Positions 1-11,100 of a DNA stretch of 64,000 bases are shown here, one piece after another. The translations under genes were made by a program, and so were the position numbers. The stretch covers positions 79,376 to 143,375 of the forward strand of contig CAWIPK010000005.1 of assembly GCA_963837925.1 (NCBI GenBank), read 5' to 3'. The notes under the pieces were generated by a model. It searched no databases. It was given only the letters and a program-made list of their open reading frames with translations, and was not told where the DNA came from. Position 1 is the stretch's first letter. Every line of letters starts with the position of its first letter. The stretch comes from an uncultured Chloroflexia bacterium. GTDB taxonomy: Bacteria; Chloroflexota; Anaerolineae; CG2-30-64-16.

Positions 1-2636
1 GATCGCCTGGCTGCGCAAAAACTGGCGGCTCATTCTCGCCACCGAAGCCCTGTTCCTGGCGGTGCTGGCTGCCTGGACGGTCTTTCGGGCCTACAGCGGT
101 GACATCGCCGGCACCGAGAAGCCGATGGAGTTCGCCTTCATCAACGGCATTCTCGATAGCCGTTTCTTCCCGCCGCAGGACCCCTGGCTGTCAGGCTATG
201 CGATCAGTTACTACTACTTCGGCTACGTGATGCTGGCGGCCCTCATCCGGCTGAGCGGCGTCTTGCCCGCCGTCGGTTTCAACGTCGGCGTTGCCATGTG
301 GTACGCACTCACCCTGACCGGCGCCTTTGGCGTGGTCTATGACCTCGTGCGGCTGGCCGGCCTGCGGCGGGCAGCCCCGGCCCCGCCGCCCGTGGGCCCG
401 GGCGCGGAAGAGGAGCCGGCCGGGCGCCCACCCCGGCCCGCCGCGGCGCCGCTCCGGCCCGGCAGCCCCGGCATCGCTCCGCAGGCGGCGCAGGCCTCGG
501 CGCTGCCCCCAGCCGCCTCGGCGTCGCGCGCGCAGCCGGCCCTGGCGGTCGGTCCCTCCACAGGGCAGCCGGTCAGGTTGGGCCAGGCGGCCCTGCCGGA
601 CGTCCGCGAGCGCGCGAGCCGGGCAGAGGCATCGGCGGTCGCCGATCAGGCTGGGGTCGCCAGGGCGATCCGGTTCGGCCTGGTAGGCGCCCTGCTGACG
701 GGCGTGATGGGCAACCTCGAAGGCCTGGTGGAGATGGCCTACAACCGCCGGCTCGTCCCGCTGGCCTGGATCCAGTGGCTTGACATAAAGGGACTGACGG
801 ACAGCGCGCCGAGCGGTGGTTGGGCGGGCGGCTTTTGGTGGTGGTGGCACGCCTCGCGCACGGTCCATGACCAACTGCTCGGCCGCACGCTCGAGGTCAT
901 CGACGAGTTCCCCTTCTTCAGTTTTCTCTTGGGCGACCTGCATCCGCACGTGCTGGCGCTGCCGTTCGTCTTGCTGGCGGTCGGCCTGGCGCTGAACCTG
1001 GTGCTGCAGGCCTCGGAGTTGGTGCTGGCCGCCGATGCTCCTCGGGTCCGCCCGGGGAGCGCCTCCTCGTCCGCACCGCTTGCACGGGGCGGCTCCCTGA
1101 TCGGCGAGTTGTCGAGCGGGTTGGCGCACTTCTGGGCCTTTCTCGGCCGGGTCACCGGCATGGGAGCGCCGGGGATCTTCCTTTACGCCCTGGCGCTGGG
1201 TGCGCTGGCGTTCCTCAACACCTGGGATTTCCCGATCTACCTTGCCTTGGCGGGCCTGGCCCTGGGGGCCGGCCTGGCGCTGCCGAACGGGCTTAACCGG
1301 CGGGTGCTCGGCAGGGTGCTTGGTGCGGGCTTGGTGCTGGGCGCGCTCGGGATCGCGCTCTATTTCCCATTCTACGTTGGCTTCCAATCGCAGGCCGGCG
1401 GGATCTTGCCCAACCTGTTCTTTCCCACGCGCTTCAGCCAGTTCTTCCTGATGTTCGGCCCCTTCCTGGTGGTGACCGTCTTTTTCCTGCTGCTGTTGAG
1501 CGGCGGCTTGCCGCGGCGCACGTTGTTCGGGCACTTATGGCGACTGTGGCTGTGGCTCGTCTTGCTGCCCCTGGCCTTCCTGGGCCTGATCCTCGGCGGG
1601 GCGTTGCTGTTGCCGCAGGGGCGTGCCGTGGCCGATGCCCTCCTGAGCAACGGCGACGTGCGCGCCGCTCTGGGTGGGCGGGACGTCTCGCAGGTCGCTG
1701 CCCTGGTGGTCCAGTTGCGGGCTGCCACTCCCTGGACCTTTCTGGTGCTGGCGATCCTGATCGCCTGGGCGGGAGGGTTGTTGTGGACCTGGCTGGCCGG
1801 GCGCGGGGCTGACCGGCGCGGACGGGCTCGACGCCGCCGGCCCGGTGCGCCGCGCTTGCCCGCCGACCGACTTGTTCGTGACGGTCATGATCGCCCTGGC
1901 GCTGCTGCTTACCCTCAGCGTGGAATTTGTCTACCTGAAGGACTATTTCTCGTCGCGCATGAACACGGTCTTCAAGTTCTATTACCAGGCCTGGATACTA
2001 CTGGCCCTGGCCTCGGCCTACGGGCTGAGCCGCCTGGCTGAGGCCAGGACGCGGCCCGCCCTGGCCCTTCCGGGCCTCGGCCTGGCCGGCCTGTTGATCT
2101 TCGGCGGGCTCTATTACCCGTTGCTTGCCACGCCGAGCAAGGCCAACGACTTCCAGGCTCAGTCGACCGCCCAGGCAGGCGCCTGCCCGGCCGTCCCGAC
2201 GCTCGACGGGCTGAGCTTTCTCTGCCAGAGCGATCGCGCCGACTATCAGGCCATCACCTGGATCCGGGCCAACCTGCCGCCGACCGCCACCGTCCTCGAG
2301 TACGCGGGCGGCTCGTACAGCGCCGAGGGCGCCGAGCGTATCTCCATGTCGACCGGCAATCCGACCCTGCTCGGCTGGGATTTTCACGAGCGGCAATGGC
2401 GCGGCGGCGCCTTCGATGCGCTGGCAGGGGCCCGCCCCGATGCCATCCAGGCCATCTATCGCACGGCCGCTCCGGACGAGCTGCGCGGCCTGCTCGAGCG
2501 CTGGCACGTCGATTACGTGTATGTGGGGGCCCTGGAGCGGAGCAAGTATGGCATTACCGACCCGGTCATGGCGCGTTTTGACCGCGTTCTGCGCAAGGTG
2601 TACGACGAGGATGGCGTGAGGATCTACGCGCGTTGA
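1..2636 (+). CDS. DUF2298 / Chlor_Arch_YYY-type polytopic membrane protein. The N-terminus lies a few codons upstream of the window. The reading frame breaks near 1800-1845, shifting from the frame of ORF 62..2041 to the frame of ORF 1845..2636.
   Basis: Translation from nt 2 reads IAWLRKNWRLILATEALFLAVLAAW, continuing into ORF 62..2041 with the hallmark motif ...GYAISYYYFGYVMLAA. ORF 1845..2636 (...TVMIALALLLTLSVEFVYLKDYF...NTVFKFYYQAWIL...) is the C-terminal part of the same family, in another frame. The frame switch coincides with a G-run (cgcgggg, ~1803-1808). Confidence 0.7.
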
Positions 2637-2659
2637 AGAGTTTTCAAGAGTGGTGACCT

Positions 2660-4603
2660 ATGACCCAAGCTGAACTTACTGCCCGAACGACCGGCGCCGG
2701 CCTCGGCCTGTCCGCCTGGCTGACGACTGAGCGTGTGGCCTATGCCGGGGCCGCCGGCCTGGCACTGTTCCTGCGCCTGCTCGGGCTCGGCCTTCGGCCG
2801 CTGGGTCCGGCGGAAGCTGCCCAGGCCCTGCCGGCCTGGCAGGCCGGGCAAGCCCAGCCGTTTCAGCTATCGGGCCTCAGCCCTTTGCTCTTCGGGCTGC
2901 AGCGTTGGTTGTTCACGCCTCTGGCCGGCAGCGACGGCCTGGCGCGTTGGTGGCCCGCCCTGGCCGGCGGCCTGGCGACGCTGCTGTTCTACGCCTTGCG
3001 CGCTCGCCTGGGGCGCGCTGGGGCCCTGGTCGCCGCGCTGCTCTGGGCCGGCTCACCGCTGGCGGTGTTCATCAGCCGGCAGGCGACCGGTTATGGCCTG
3101 GTGCCGCCGCTGGCGCTGGCCCTGCTCGCCGGCCTTAGCCTGGCGCTGCGGGCGCGGGAAGGACTTGCCCCCTCGCCCACGGCAGAACCGCCGATCGCGA
3201 CCGACAGGCGGGCCGGGGTAGCTGGCGGACGGCCGGCCTCGGGGGAGGGCCGCACGGCCCTCGTCTGGGCGGCCATCGCGCTGGGCGCCCTTCTGGCCGC
3301 GGGTTCCGGTGCCTATACCGTGCTGCTGATCGGACTGGCTGCCGCCCTGCTCTGGCCGGGCACGACCGTTCGCCTCGCCAGCGCCATGCGCGGGCACGCT
3401 CGCCCGGTCTTGCTGGCCGGGGTGCTGTCTTTCGTGCTCTCGTCGACAGCCCTCTTCTCCACCCCTGCCGGTCTCGCCGCAGCCGCTGACCTGCTCGGGG
3501 CCTGGTTGCGGGGCCTCATGCCCGGCCTGACCGGCTACAGCCCGGCCGAGCTGCTGCTGCGGCTGCTGTTGAGCGAGCCGCTCCTGTTAGGATTCGGCAT
3601 CGCCGGGCTGGTGTGGGCCATCCGCCGCAGGGACGGCTTTGGCCTCTTCGCCGGCCTGGCCGCCGGCCTGGCCCTGCTGGTCCCGCTGCTCGGCGGCGGG
3701 CGCCAGGTGGACGACCTGGGTCTCGTGGTGATCCCGTTGCTCCTGCTCGCCGGCCCTGCCATCGCCTGGACGCTGGCGGCCCTCTGGTCCTGGCGCAGGG
3801 AGGTCGACCCCTGGCTCTTGGTGGCGCTCAGCCTGACGCTGCTGGCCGCCGCGGCCATCAGCCTGCCGAGTTTCTATGCCGCCACGGATGCCGGCCACCG
3901 GGTCCTCTACCTCGGCGTGACAGCGGTCACTCTGCTGCTCCTTGCGGGTTTGTGGCTGGTCTACGGCGCGTGGGGGAGCTGGCACACAGTGCGGCGGGCG
4001 CTGCCGGCGGTGGCGCTGCTGGTAGGCGTGGTCTGGGCCTTGAGCCAACTTAACAGCCTGAATTATGACACCAACCCGCTGCAGCGCCCGGGGGTCTTGC
4101 TACGCACGCCGGGTCCGGACTGGGCGGACTTGCGGGCCGAGCTGCGCGACCTTTCGGCGCTCAACTCCGGCGGTGCGCGGGAGGCGCCCATCGACCTCGT
4201 CGTGCCGCTGGACCCGGCTGACCCGTTGACTCCCATGTTGCTCTGGGAGCTGCGTGACCACAGCGCGCTCCGGGTCGGGACCGGCCTGCCGTCGAACCCC
4301 GCCCCGCTCGTGATCACGCCGGCTGACGTTCAGCCGGCCATCGGCGATCGCTCGATCGGAGACCGCTACAGCGGTGCCAGCTTTGATCTGCTCGAGCAGT
4401 GGAGACCCGAAAGCCTGACCGGGCCAGACCCGGCCCAGCAGTGGCTGCGCTGGATCATCTACCGGCAGGCGCCCACGGCGCCCGAGACGACCTGGAAGGC
4501 TGTGCTCTGGGCAGACCGCTTGCCGGCCGGGCAGGGATTTTCGCAAAACAGCCTGAACAATCAGGTGTCACCCGTCGCCTTGCCAGCTGGCAAGGCGCAG
4601 TAA
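2660..4603 (+). CDS. Polytopic membrane protein resembling PMT/ArnT-like GT-C-fold glycosyltransferases, the family typically encoded next to DUF2298/YYY proteins. It has no NHL domain.
   Basis: 647-aa ORF with many predicted TM helices. N-terminal region (LALFLRLLGLGLRPLGPAEAAQALPAWQ ... RWWPALAGGLATLLFYAL ... AGSPLAVFISRQATGYGL) has the same architecture as the N-terminal halves of the next two genes. It lies in the same operon, 23 nt after the DUF2298 gene. Confidence 0.55.
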   Translation: MTQAELTARTTGAGLGLSAWLTTERVAYAGAAGLALFLRLLGLGLRPLGPAEAAQALPAWQAGQAQPFQLSGLSPLLFGLQRWLFTPLAGSDGLARWWPALAGGLATLLFYALRARLGRAGALVAALLWAGSPLAVFISRQATGYGLVPPLALALLAGLSLALRAREGLAPSPTAEPPIATDRRAGVAGGRPASGEGRTALVWAAIALGALLAAGSGAYTVLLIGLAAALLWPGTTVRLASAMRGHARPVLLAGVLSFVLSSTALFSTPAGLAAAADLLGAWLRGLMPGLTGYSPAELLLRLLLSEPLLLGFGIAGLVWAIRRRDGFGLFAGLAAGLALLVPLLGGGRQVDDLGLVVIPLLLLAGPAIAWTLAALWSWRREVDPWLLVALSLTLLAAAAISLPSFYAATDAGHRVLYLGVTAVTLLLLAGLWLVYGAWGSWHTVRRALPAVALLVGVVWALSQLNSLNYDTNPLQRPGVLLRTPGPDWADLRAELRDLSALNSGGAREAPIDLVVPLDPADPLTPMLLWELRDHSALRVGTGLPSNPAPLVITPADVQPAIGDRSIGDRYSGASFDLLEQWRPESLTGPDPAQQWLRWIIYRQAPTAPETTWKAVLWADRLPAGQGFSQNSLNNQVSPVALPAGKAQ

Positions 4604-4620
4604 CTTGAATAACAGGTTCC

Positions 4621-7600
4621 ATGTCTGACTACGACTTCACGCCCGATGCTGGCGCTCCGATCGCCTTGCCCGGCCCCGCCGGAGCGGCCGTCGTCGGCGC
4701 GCCTGCGCGCCCGGCGGCGCCTGGGGCCGCGCCCGCGGCCGGCGCTCCGTCCATGCCGGTGGAGAGCCTGCTGGATCGCCCCTTCCTGCAAGTCGTGCGT
4801 TGGGATGGCGAGAAACTGGCCTGGCTGCTGCTGTTGGCCGCCGCCCTGGCCAGCCGGCTGATCGGCCTCGGCGACCGAGCGATCAGCCACGACGAGAGCC
4901 TGCACGCCCTCTATTCCTGGCACCTGTTCGACGGCCAGGGGTATCAGCACGAAGCCATGATGCACGGGCCGCTCAAGTTCGCCGGCAACGCCTTCATGTA
5001 CTTCATTTTCGGGGTCAACGACTGGAGCGCGCGCATCCAGGTGGCCCTGTTCGGCGTGCTGATGGTGGGGTTGGTGTGGTTGCTGCGGCCGTGGCTGGGG
5101 CGGGTGGGGGCCTTTCTGGCGGCCCTGATGTTCACGATCTCGCCGGCGCTGCTGTTCCACAGCCGCTACATCCGGGATGAGGTGATCCTGTGTGCGCTGC
5201 TGGTGCTGCTGGTGGTGGCGATGTTCCGCTACCTGGCGACACGGCAGACGAAGTGGCTGATCTGGACTGCGGTGGCGTTGGGACTGGCCCTGACGACCAT
5301 GGAGGCCTCGTTCATCTTCGGCGGCATCTTCGGCATCTTCCTGCTCCTGGCCCTCGCCGTGCGCCTCTGGACCTGTCCCTGGCCCTCCGCGGCGGCCACC
5401 GCCCCTTCCGGCGGGGACGGCTACCCTCCCGACGCGGCCGCGCGCGCGCCGGCGCCGGCGGACCGCAGGAAGCTCTATCGCTACCTGGTGGGCGCGGCCG
5501 TGCCGGGGTTGGCCGCCGACACGGCCCTCCTGATCTTCAGGCAATCCCTGCCCGGCCTGGCTCTGGCCGGCCTGGGTGCCCTCTTGGCGCTCGGCGCGGC
5601 CTTCATAGTGGCACTCGCCTGGCGCTCACGCCTGCGCCTTTTCGTCGAGCTGGACCTGCTGGTCCTGCTGTTCACGCTGGTGCTGCCGTTCCTGACGGTT
5701 TTCCCGATGCGGCTGCTGGGCTGGTCTGTGGACCCATTCAAGAAAGCGGACGGCGCCTTCACCCTTGCCACCACCTGGCAGGGTTTTCTCGTCATGGGCA
5801 TCCTGGCCCTGATCAGCCTCGGCATCGGCTGGTACTGGTTGCGCGGGCGCTGGCTCGCGGCGGCCGGCATCTTCTGGGCCATCGAGCTGGTGCTCTTCAC
5901 CTCGTTCCTGACCAACGGCATGGGCGTGGGCACGGGCATCATCGGCTCCCTGGGCTACTGGATCGACCAGCAGGAGGTCATGCGCGGCGGGCAGCCCTGG
6001 TACTACTTCCTGCTGATGGTGCCGCTCTACGAGTTCCTGCCGCTGCTGCTCGCCGCCGGGGGGGCGCTCGCGATCCTCACGCACGGCACCGGCCGGCCTT
6101 TCGCGTCCTCGCTGCCGTCGGGCGACGCGAGCCTGGGCTCCATCCGGCCGCCGGCCGCCGGGCCGCAAAGCTCCTACCAGGGGGAGTCCCGGCCGGAGCT
6201 ATTGCAGGCGCTCGACGTGCGAGCGCTGTTCCCACTCTTCCTGCTCTTCTGGGTCGCCGCCACCTGGGTTGTCTTCACCTACGTAGGTGAGAAGATGCCC
6301 TGGCATGTGGTGTATTTTGCCACGCCCATGGCCCTGCTCGGTGGCTGGTGGCTGGGCCGGGTGATCGAGGGCATTGACTGGGGCGTCGTGCGGGCGCGCG
6401 GGGGCTTCTGGCTTCTGGCCGCGCTGCCGGCATTTTTGCTCGCCCTCAAAGCGATCTTCCCGGTCTCCGCCAATCGGCCTTTCGTCGACATGAGCGTCAA
6501 CGGGCTGGGCACCACCGTCGGCTGGATCGCGGCGCTGCTCGTCGGGTTGGCAGTGCTCTGGCTGGCCTCGGGGCGCGTCGCCGCGCTCGGGCGCGCACAA
6601 AGCGTGCGCCTGCTGGCCGTGGGCCTGGCCGCCCTGCTGGGGATTTATACTGTCGGGGTCGCTTATCGCTTTGCCTACATCAACTACGACTATCCTACCG
6701 AGCCGCTGGTCTACGCTCACGGTACGCCGGACCTGAAGTTGGCGATGAGCCAGGTCGAGGAGATCTCGCGCAAGACCGTGGGCGGCCACAACTTGAAGAT
6801 TGCCTACGATAGCGACGCCCTGTGGCCACTGGAGTGGTACTTGCGGGATTACGGCAACCGGGTCTACTACGGGGAAACCCCCTCGCGCGCCGCCCTGGAC
6901 GCGCCGGTGGTCATCGTGGGCGACGGTGGGCTGGACAAGGCCAAGCCTTACCTGGGCGACCGCTACTACGACTTCACCTACCGCCTCATCTGGTGGCCCC
7001 GCCAGACGTACTGGGACCTGACCTGGCAGCGCATCTGGGATGGGATCCGAGACCCGAAACAGCGCGGCCAGTTCTGGGACGTCGTGCTCAACCGGCGTTA
7101 CACCACGCCGACGGCGGCCTGGGAGCCACCGTACGTGCGCTTCTTCCACTTGTTTGTGCGCAAGGACGTGGCGGCGCAGGTCTGGGACTGGGGGGTGCCG
7201 TCGGCCGCGGCGGCCGCGGCGGCAGTGGATCCGTATGCGGCGGGGCAGAAGGATGTGACGGCGCTGGCGCAGATAGGGACGGCGGGGGTGAGCGGGGCCG
7301 GGGCGGGGCAGTTGGCGACGCCGCGGGCGCTGGCGGTGGCGGGGGACGGGACGGTGTACGTGGCGGACACGGGGAACAATCGGGTGGAGGTGTTTGGGGC
7401 GGACGGGCAGTACCTGCGGGAGTGGGGCGGGACGTGCAAGCTGATCGAGAACAACCAGGGCTGCGTGGGGGACGGGCGGGGGCAGTTCAACGAGCCGTGG
7501 GGGATTGCGGTGGGGAGTGACGGGAGCGTGTACGTGTCGGACACCTGGAACTCGCGGGTGCAGAAGTTTGACCGGGAGGGGAAGTTCGAGGCGATGTGGG

Positions 7601-8172
7601 GGGTGTTCCAGAGCACGAACGGGGAGTTGACGGAGCCTGGGGCGCTGTACGGGCCGCGGGCGATCGCGGTGGGGCAGGACGGGTTGGTGTATGTGATGGA
7701 CACGGGGAACAAGCGGGTGCAGTCGTTCAAGCCGGACGGGACGTTTGTCGGGCAGTACGGTGGGGGAGGGGTGGTGGACGGGAAGTTTGACGAGCCGGTG
7801 GGGCTGGCGCAGGATGCGAGCGGGGACTGGTACGTGACGGACACGTGGAACCACCGGGTGGAGAAGTTTGATGCGAGTTGGAAGTATGTGGGGCAGTGGG
7901 CGGTGAACGGCTGGGGGAGCGAGAGCGTGGTGAACAAGCCGTACGTGGCGGTGGACGGGCAGCGCGGGTTGGTGTACCTGACGGACCCGGAGGGGTACCG
8001 GGTGTTGGTGTTCGGGACGGACGGGAGCTTCAAGGGGATGTGGGGTGGATTTGGGCAGGAAGCGGACACGTTCACGCTGCCGACGGGGATTGCGGTGGGG
8101 GCGGACGGCAAGGTTTACGTGGCCGATGGCGGCGCCAACCGCATCATGATCTTCCCAGCCTTCGGGAGTTAG
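4621..8172 (+). CDS. Fusion protein: N-terminal PMT/ArnT-like GT-C membrane domain (~830 aa, many TM helices, DE-containing first loop ISHDESLH) plus C-terminal NHL-repeat six-bladed beta-propeller (~340 aa).
   Basis: 1183-aa intact ORF. N-terminal LIGLGDRAISHDESLHALYSWHLFDGQG...GPLKF...FYFIFGVNDWSARIQ resembles PMT_2/ArnT-type GT-C enzymes. The C-terminus has repeated NHL blades (LATPRALAVAGDGTVYVADTGNNRVEVF; PWGIAVGSDGSVYVSDTWNSRVQKF; PRAIAVGQDGLVYVMDTGNKRVQSF; PVGLAQDASGDWYVTDTWNHRVEKF; PTGIAVGADGKVYVADGGANRIMIF). An Ala-run linker (PSAAAAAAAVDPY) joins the two domains. Confidence 0.8.
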   Translation: MSDYDFTPDAGAPIALPGPAGAAVVGAPARPAAPGAAPAAGAPSMPVESLLDRPFLQVVRWDGEKLAWLLLLAAALASRLIGLGDRAISHDESLHALYSWHLFDGQGYQHEAMMHGPLKFAGNAFMYFIFGVNDWSARIQVALFGVLMVGLVWLLRPWLGRVGAFLAALMFTISPALLFHSRYIRDEVILCALLVLLVVAMFRYLATRQTKWLIWTAVALGLALTTMEASFIFGGIFGIFLLLALAVRLWTCPWPSAAATAPSGGDGYPPDAAARAPAPADRRKLYRYLVGAAVPGLAADTALLIFRQSLPGLALAGLGALLALGAAFIVALAWRSRLRLFVELDLLVLLFTLVLPFLTVFPMRLLGWSVDPFKKADGAFTLATTWQGFLVMGILALISLGIGWYWLRGRWLAAAGIFWAIELVLFTSFLTNGMGVGTGIIGSLGYWIDQQEVMRGGQPWYYFLLMVPLYEFLPLLLAAGGALAILTHGTGRPFASSLPSGDASLGSIRPPAAGPQSSYQGESRPELLQALDVRALFPLFLLFWVAATWVVFTYVGEKMPWHVVYFATPMALLGGWWLGRVIEGIDWGVVRARGGFWLLAALPAFLLALKAIFPVSANRPFVDMSVNGLGTTVGWIAALLVGLAVLWLASGRVAALGRAQSVRLLAVGLAALLGIYTVGVAYRFAYINYDYPTEPLVYAHGTPDLKLAMSQVEEISRKTVGGHNLKIAYDSDALWPLEWYLRDYGNRVYYGETPSRAALDAPVVIVGDGGLDKAKPYLGDRYYDFTYRLIWWPRQTYWDLTWQRIWDGIRDPKQRGQFWDVVLNRRYTTPTAAWEPPYVRFFHLFVRKDVAAQVWDWGVPSAAAAAAAVDPYAAGQKDVTALAQIGTAGVSGAGAGQLATPRALAVAGDGTVYVADTGNNRVEVFGADGQYLREWGGTCKLIENNQGCVGDGRGQFNEPWGIAVGSDGSVYVSDTWNSRVQKFDREGKFEAMWGVFQSTNGELTEPGALYGPRAIAVGQDGLVYVMDTGNKRVQSFKPDGTFVGQYGGGGVVDGKFDEPVGLAQDASGDWYVTDTWNHRVEKFDASWKYVGQWAVNGWGSESVVNKPYVAVDGQRGLVYLTDPEGYRVLVFGTDGSFKGMWGGFGQEADTFTLPTGIAVGADGKVYVADGGANRIMIFPAFGS
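7149..8160 (+). repeat. 1012-bp segment identical to 10623-11634 (offset 3474 bp). It encodes the linker plus NHL propeller of both paralogs.
   Basis: Direct comparison of the two stretches: every spot-checked line is identical (e.g. 7261-7320 vs 10735-10794, and 7861-7920 vs 11335-11394). The encoded protein sequences are identical from LFVRKDVAAQ to RIMIFPA. Confidence 0.85.
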
Positions 8173-8175
8173 AGA

Positions 8176-11100
8176 ATGCAGGATTCACAAACGACGGTTA
8201 CTCCGCGGCGCGAGGCCCCGGTCGGCCAGGCTCTGCTTGACCGGGCTTTCGTGGCGCTGGTGCATTGGGATGTAGAGAAGCTGGCCTGGGCGGCCCTGCT
8301 GGTCGTCGCCTTGCTCAGTCGCACGATCGGCCTGGGCGACCGCGCGATGAGCCACGACGAGAGCCTGCATTCTTATTACTCATGGAAGCTGTTCGACGGC
8401 CAGGGCTTTCAGCACCAGCCGCTGATGCATGGGCCGCTCAAGTTCATCGTCAACGCCTTCATGTACTTCATTTTCGGGGTCAACGACTGGAGCGCGCGCA
8501 TCCAGGTGGCCCTGTTCGGCGTGCTGATGGTGGGGTTGGTGTGGTTGCTGCGGCCGTGGCTGGGGCGGGTGGGGGCTTTCCTGGCGGCCTTGATGTTCAC
8601 GATCTCGCCGGCGCTGCTGTTCCACAGCCGCTACATCCGGGATGAGGTGATCCTGTGTGCGCTGCTGGTGCTGCTGGTGGTGGCGATGTTCCGCTACCTG
8701 GCGACACGGCAGACGAAGTGGCTGATCTGGACGGCGGTGGCATTGGGACTGGCCCTGACGACCATGGAGGCCTCCTTCATCTTCGGCGGCATCTTCGGCA
8801 TCTTCCTGCTCCTGGCCCTCGCCGTCCAGTGGTGGCAGCTCGACTGGCCGGATGGCCCCGGTCCCCGCGAGAACTTCCGCCGCGCGCTCGTCGTGGGGCT
8901 GCCGGCCCTGGTCGCCGGCCTGATCTTCCTCGTGTTCAAGGAAAAGCTGGCCGGCTTTGTTCTGCTGGGCGCCGGCGGCCTGGCGCTCGCCGCTGCGGTG
9001 CTCCTGGTGGCCACGAGCTGGCGGCTGCGGCTGCGCGCTTTCGCCGAGCTCGACCTGGTCGTCCTGCTGCTGACGCTCGTCCTGCCGTTCCTGTCCGCCG
9101 TCGTCCTCAAGCTGCTGGGCTGGCAGATCAGCCAGTTCACGAGCCCGGGCTCGGTCACTTTGGCCAACGTCTGGCAGGGCGGCATCGTCCTCGTCGTCAT
9201 GTTCATCCTCAGCGTCTCCGTCGGCGCCTACTGGTTGGGCGGGCGCTGGTTCGCGGCCGCGGGCCTCTTCTGGGCGATCGAGGTGCTGCTCTTCACGACT
9301 TTGCTGACCAACGGGCAGGGCATTGCCACCGGCCTGATCGGTTCCCTGGGTTACTGGATCGATCAACAGGAGGTCATGCGTGGCGGCCAACCCTGGTACT
9401 ATTTCTTCCTCTTGGTCCCGCTCTACGAGTTCCTGCCGCTGCTGCTGGCCGCCGGGGGGGCAGTTGCCTGGTTCCTGGGCCTCGGTGCCGGCGGCCAGGC
9501 GACGCGCCTGGCGGCCGAACGGCAGAACGGCAACGCTGGGGCCGACGGGGGCGGCACCGTACTGCCGGTCATGGGCGCAGCCCTGGCCGCAGAATATCCC
9601 GGGCCGAGCAACGTCGTCGAGCTGCGCGGCGCGCCTCCGGCCGTCGGGCCGGTTGAGAGCGTGCTCCACACGACGCCCTCCCAGGCGGGCTCTTCGCCGG
9701 CGAGCCTTTTCGTAGCCTTCCTGGTCTTCTGGGTGTTCGCGGTCTGGGTCGTCTTCACCTACGTAGGTGAGAAGATGCCCTGGCACGTGGTGTATTTCGC
9801 CACGCCCATGGCCCTGCTCGGTGGCTGGTGGTTGGGCCGGGTGATCGAGGGCATTGACTGGGGCGTCGTGCGGGCGCGCGGGGGCTTCTGGCTGCTGGGC
9901 GGCGTCCCGGTGTTCCTCTTCGTGCTCAAAGCCATCTTTCCCGTCCCGGAGCGCCGTCCCTTTGTCGGCGTTAGCACCACCGCGCTCAGCAACACCGTCC
10001 AATGGCTGCTCGCGCTGATCGTCGGCGTCGCGCTCGTCTGGCTGGCCTACCCGCGGATCACAAGCCTCGGTTGGCGCCTCAGCCGGCGACTGATCGTGGT
10101 CGCGCTCGCTGTCGTGCTGGCCGTCTTTACGGTCAACGTGGCATTCCGTTTCGCCTTCGTCGACTACGACTATGCCACCGAGCCGATGGTTTACGCGCAC
10201 GCGACCCCGGATATCAAGCTGGCTATGGGCCAGATCGACGAGATCTCGCGCAAGATCGCCGGCGATCACAGCCTGAAGGTGGCCTACGACGACGATTCGA
10301 GCTGGCCGCTGGTCTGGTATCTGAGGGACTACAAGAATCAGGTCTTCTATGGCGCGAATCCGACCAAGGAGAGCCTGGATGCGCCGGTGGTCATCGCCGG
10401 CGATAAGAACATCGACAAAGTGCGGCCCTATCTCGGCGATCGCTACTACGAGTTCAGCTATCGGCTGATCTGGTGGCCGTCCCAGACCTACTTCGGGCTG
10501 ACCTGGCAGCGCATCTGGGACGGGATCCGAGACCCGAAACAGCGCGGCCAGTTCTGGGACGTCGTGCTCAACCGGCGTTACACCACGCCGACCACCCAGT
10601 GGTCGTTGGTACACCGTTTCAGCTTGTTTGTGCGCAAGGACGTGGCGGCGCAGGTCTGGGACTGGGGGGTGCCGTCGGCCGCGGCGGCCGCGGCGGCAGT
10701 GGATCCGTATGCGGCGGGGCAGAAGGATGTGACGGCGCTGGCGCAGATAGGGACGGCGGGGGTGAGCGGGGCCGGGGCGGGGCAGTTGGCGACGCCGCGG
10801 GCGCTGGCGGTGGCGGGGGACGGGACGGTGTACGTGGCGGACACGGGGAACAATCGGGTGGAGGTGTTTGGGGCGGACGGGCAGTACCTGCGGGAGTGGG
10901 GCGGGACGTGCAAGCTGATCGAGAACAACCAGGGCTGCGTGGGGGACGGGCGGGGGCAGTTCAACGAGCCGTGGGGGATTGCGGTGGGGAGTGACGGGAG
11001 CGTGTACGTGTCGGACACCTGGAACTCGCGGGTGCAGAAGTTTGACCGGGAGGGGAAGTTCGAGGCGATGTGGGGGGTGTTCCAGAGCACGAACGGGGAG

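Noticed and set aside
191-1534. 447-aa minus-strand ORF overlapping the DUF2298 gene
   Set aside because: Antisense to a gene carrying the YYY family signature. Its composition (Q/R/P-rich) is typical of spurious high-GC ORFs.
6199-7854. 551-aa minus-strand ORF antisense to the first GT-C/NHL gene
   Set aside because: Same reasoning: a PRH-rich low-complexity translation with no motifs, overlapping a well-supported + strand gene.
7149-8160. The 1012-bp perfect direct repeat pair as a mobile element or IS
   Set aside because: There is no transposase, inverted repeats or target duplications. The repeat is an in-frame coding module (linker plus NHL propeller) of both genes, so it was interpreted as gene conversion or duplication instead. 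Assembly collapse cannot be excluded from sequence alone.
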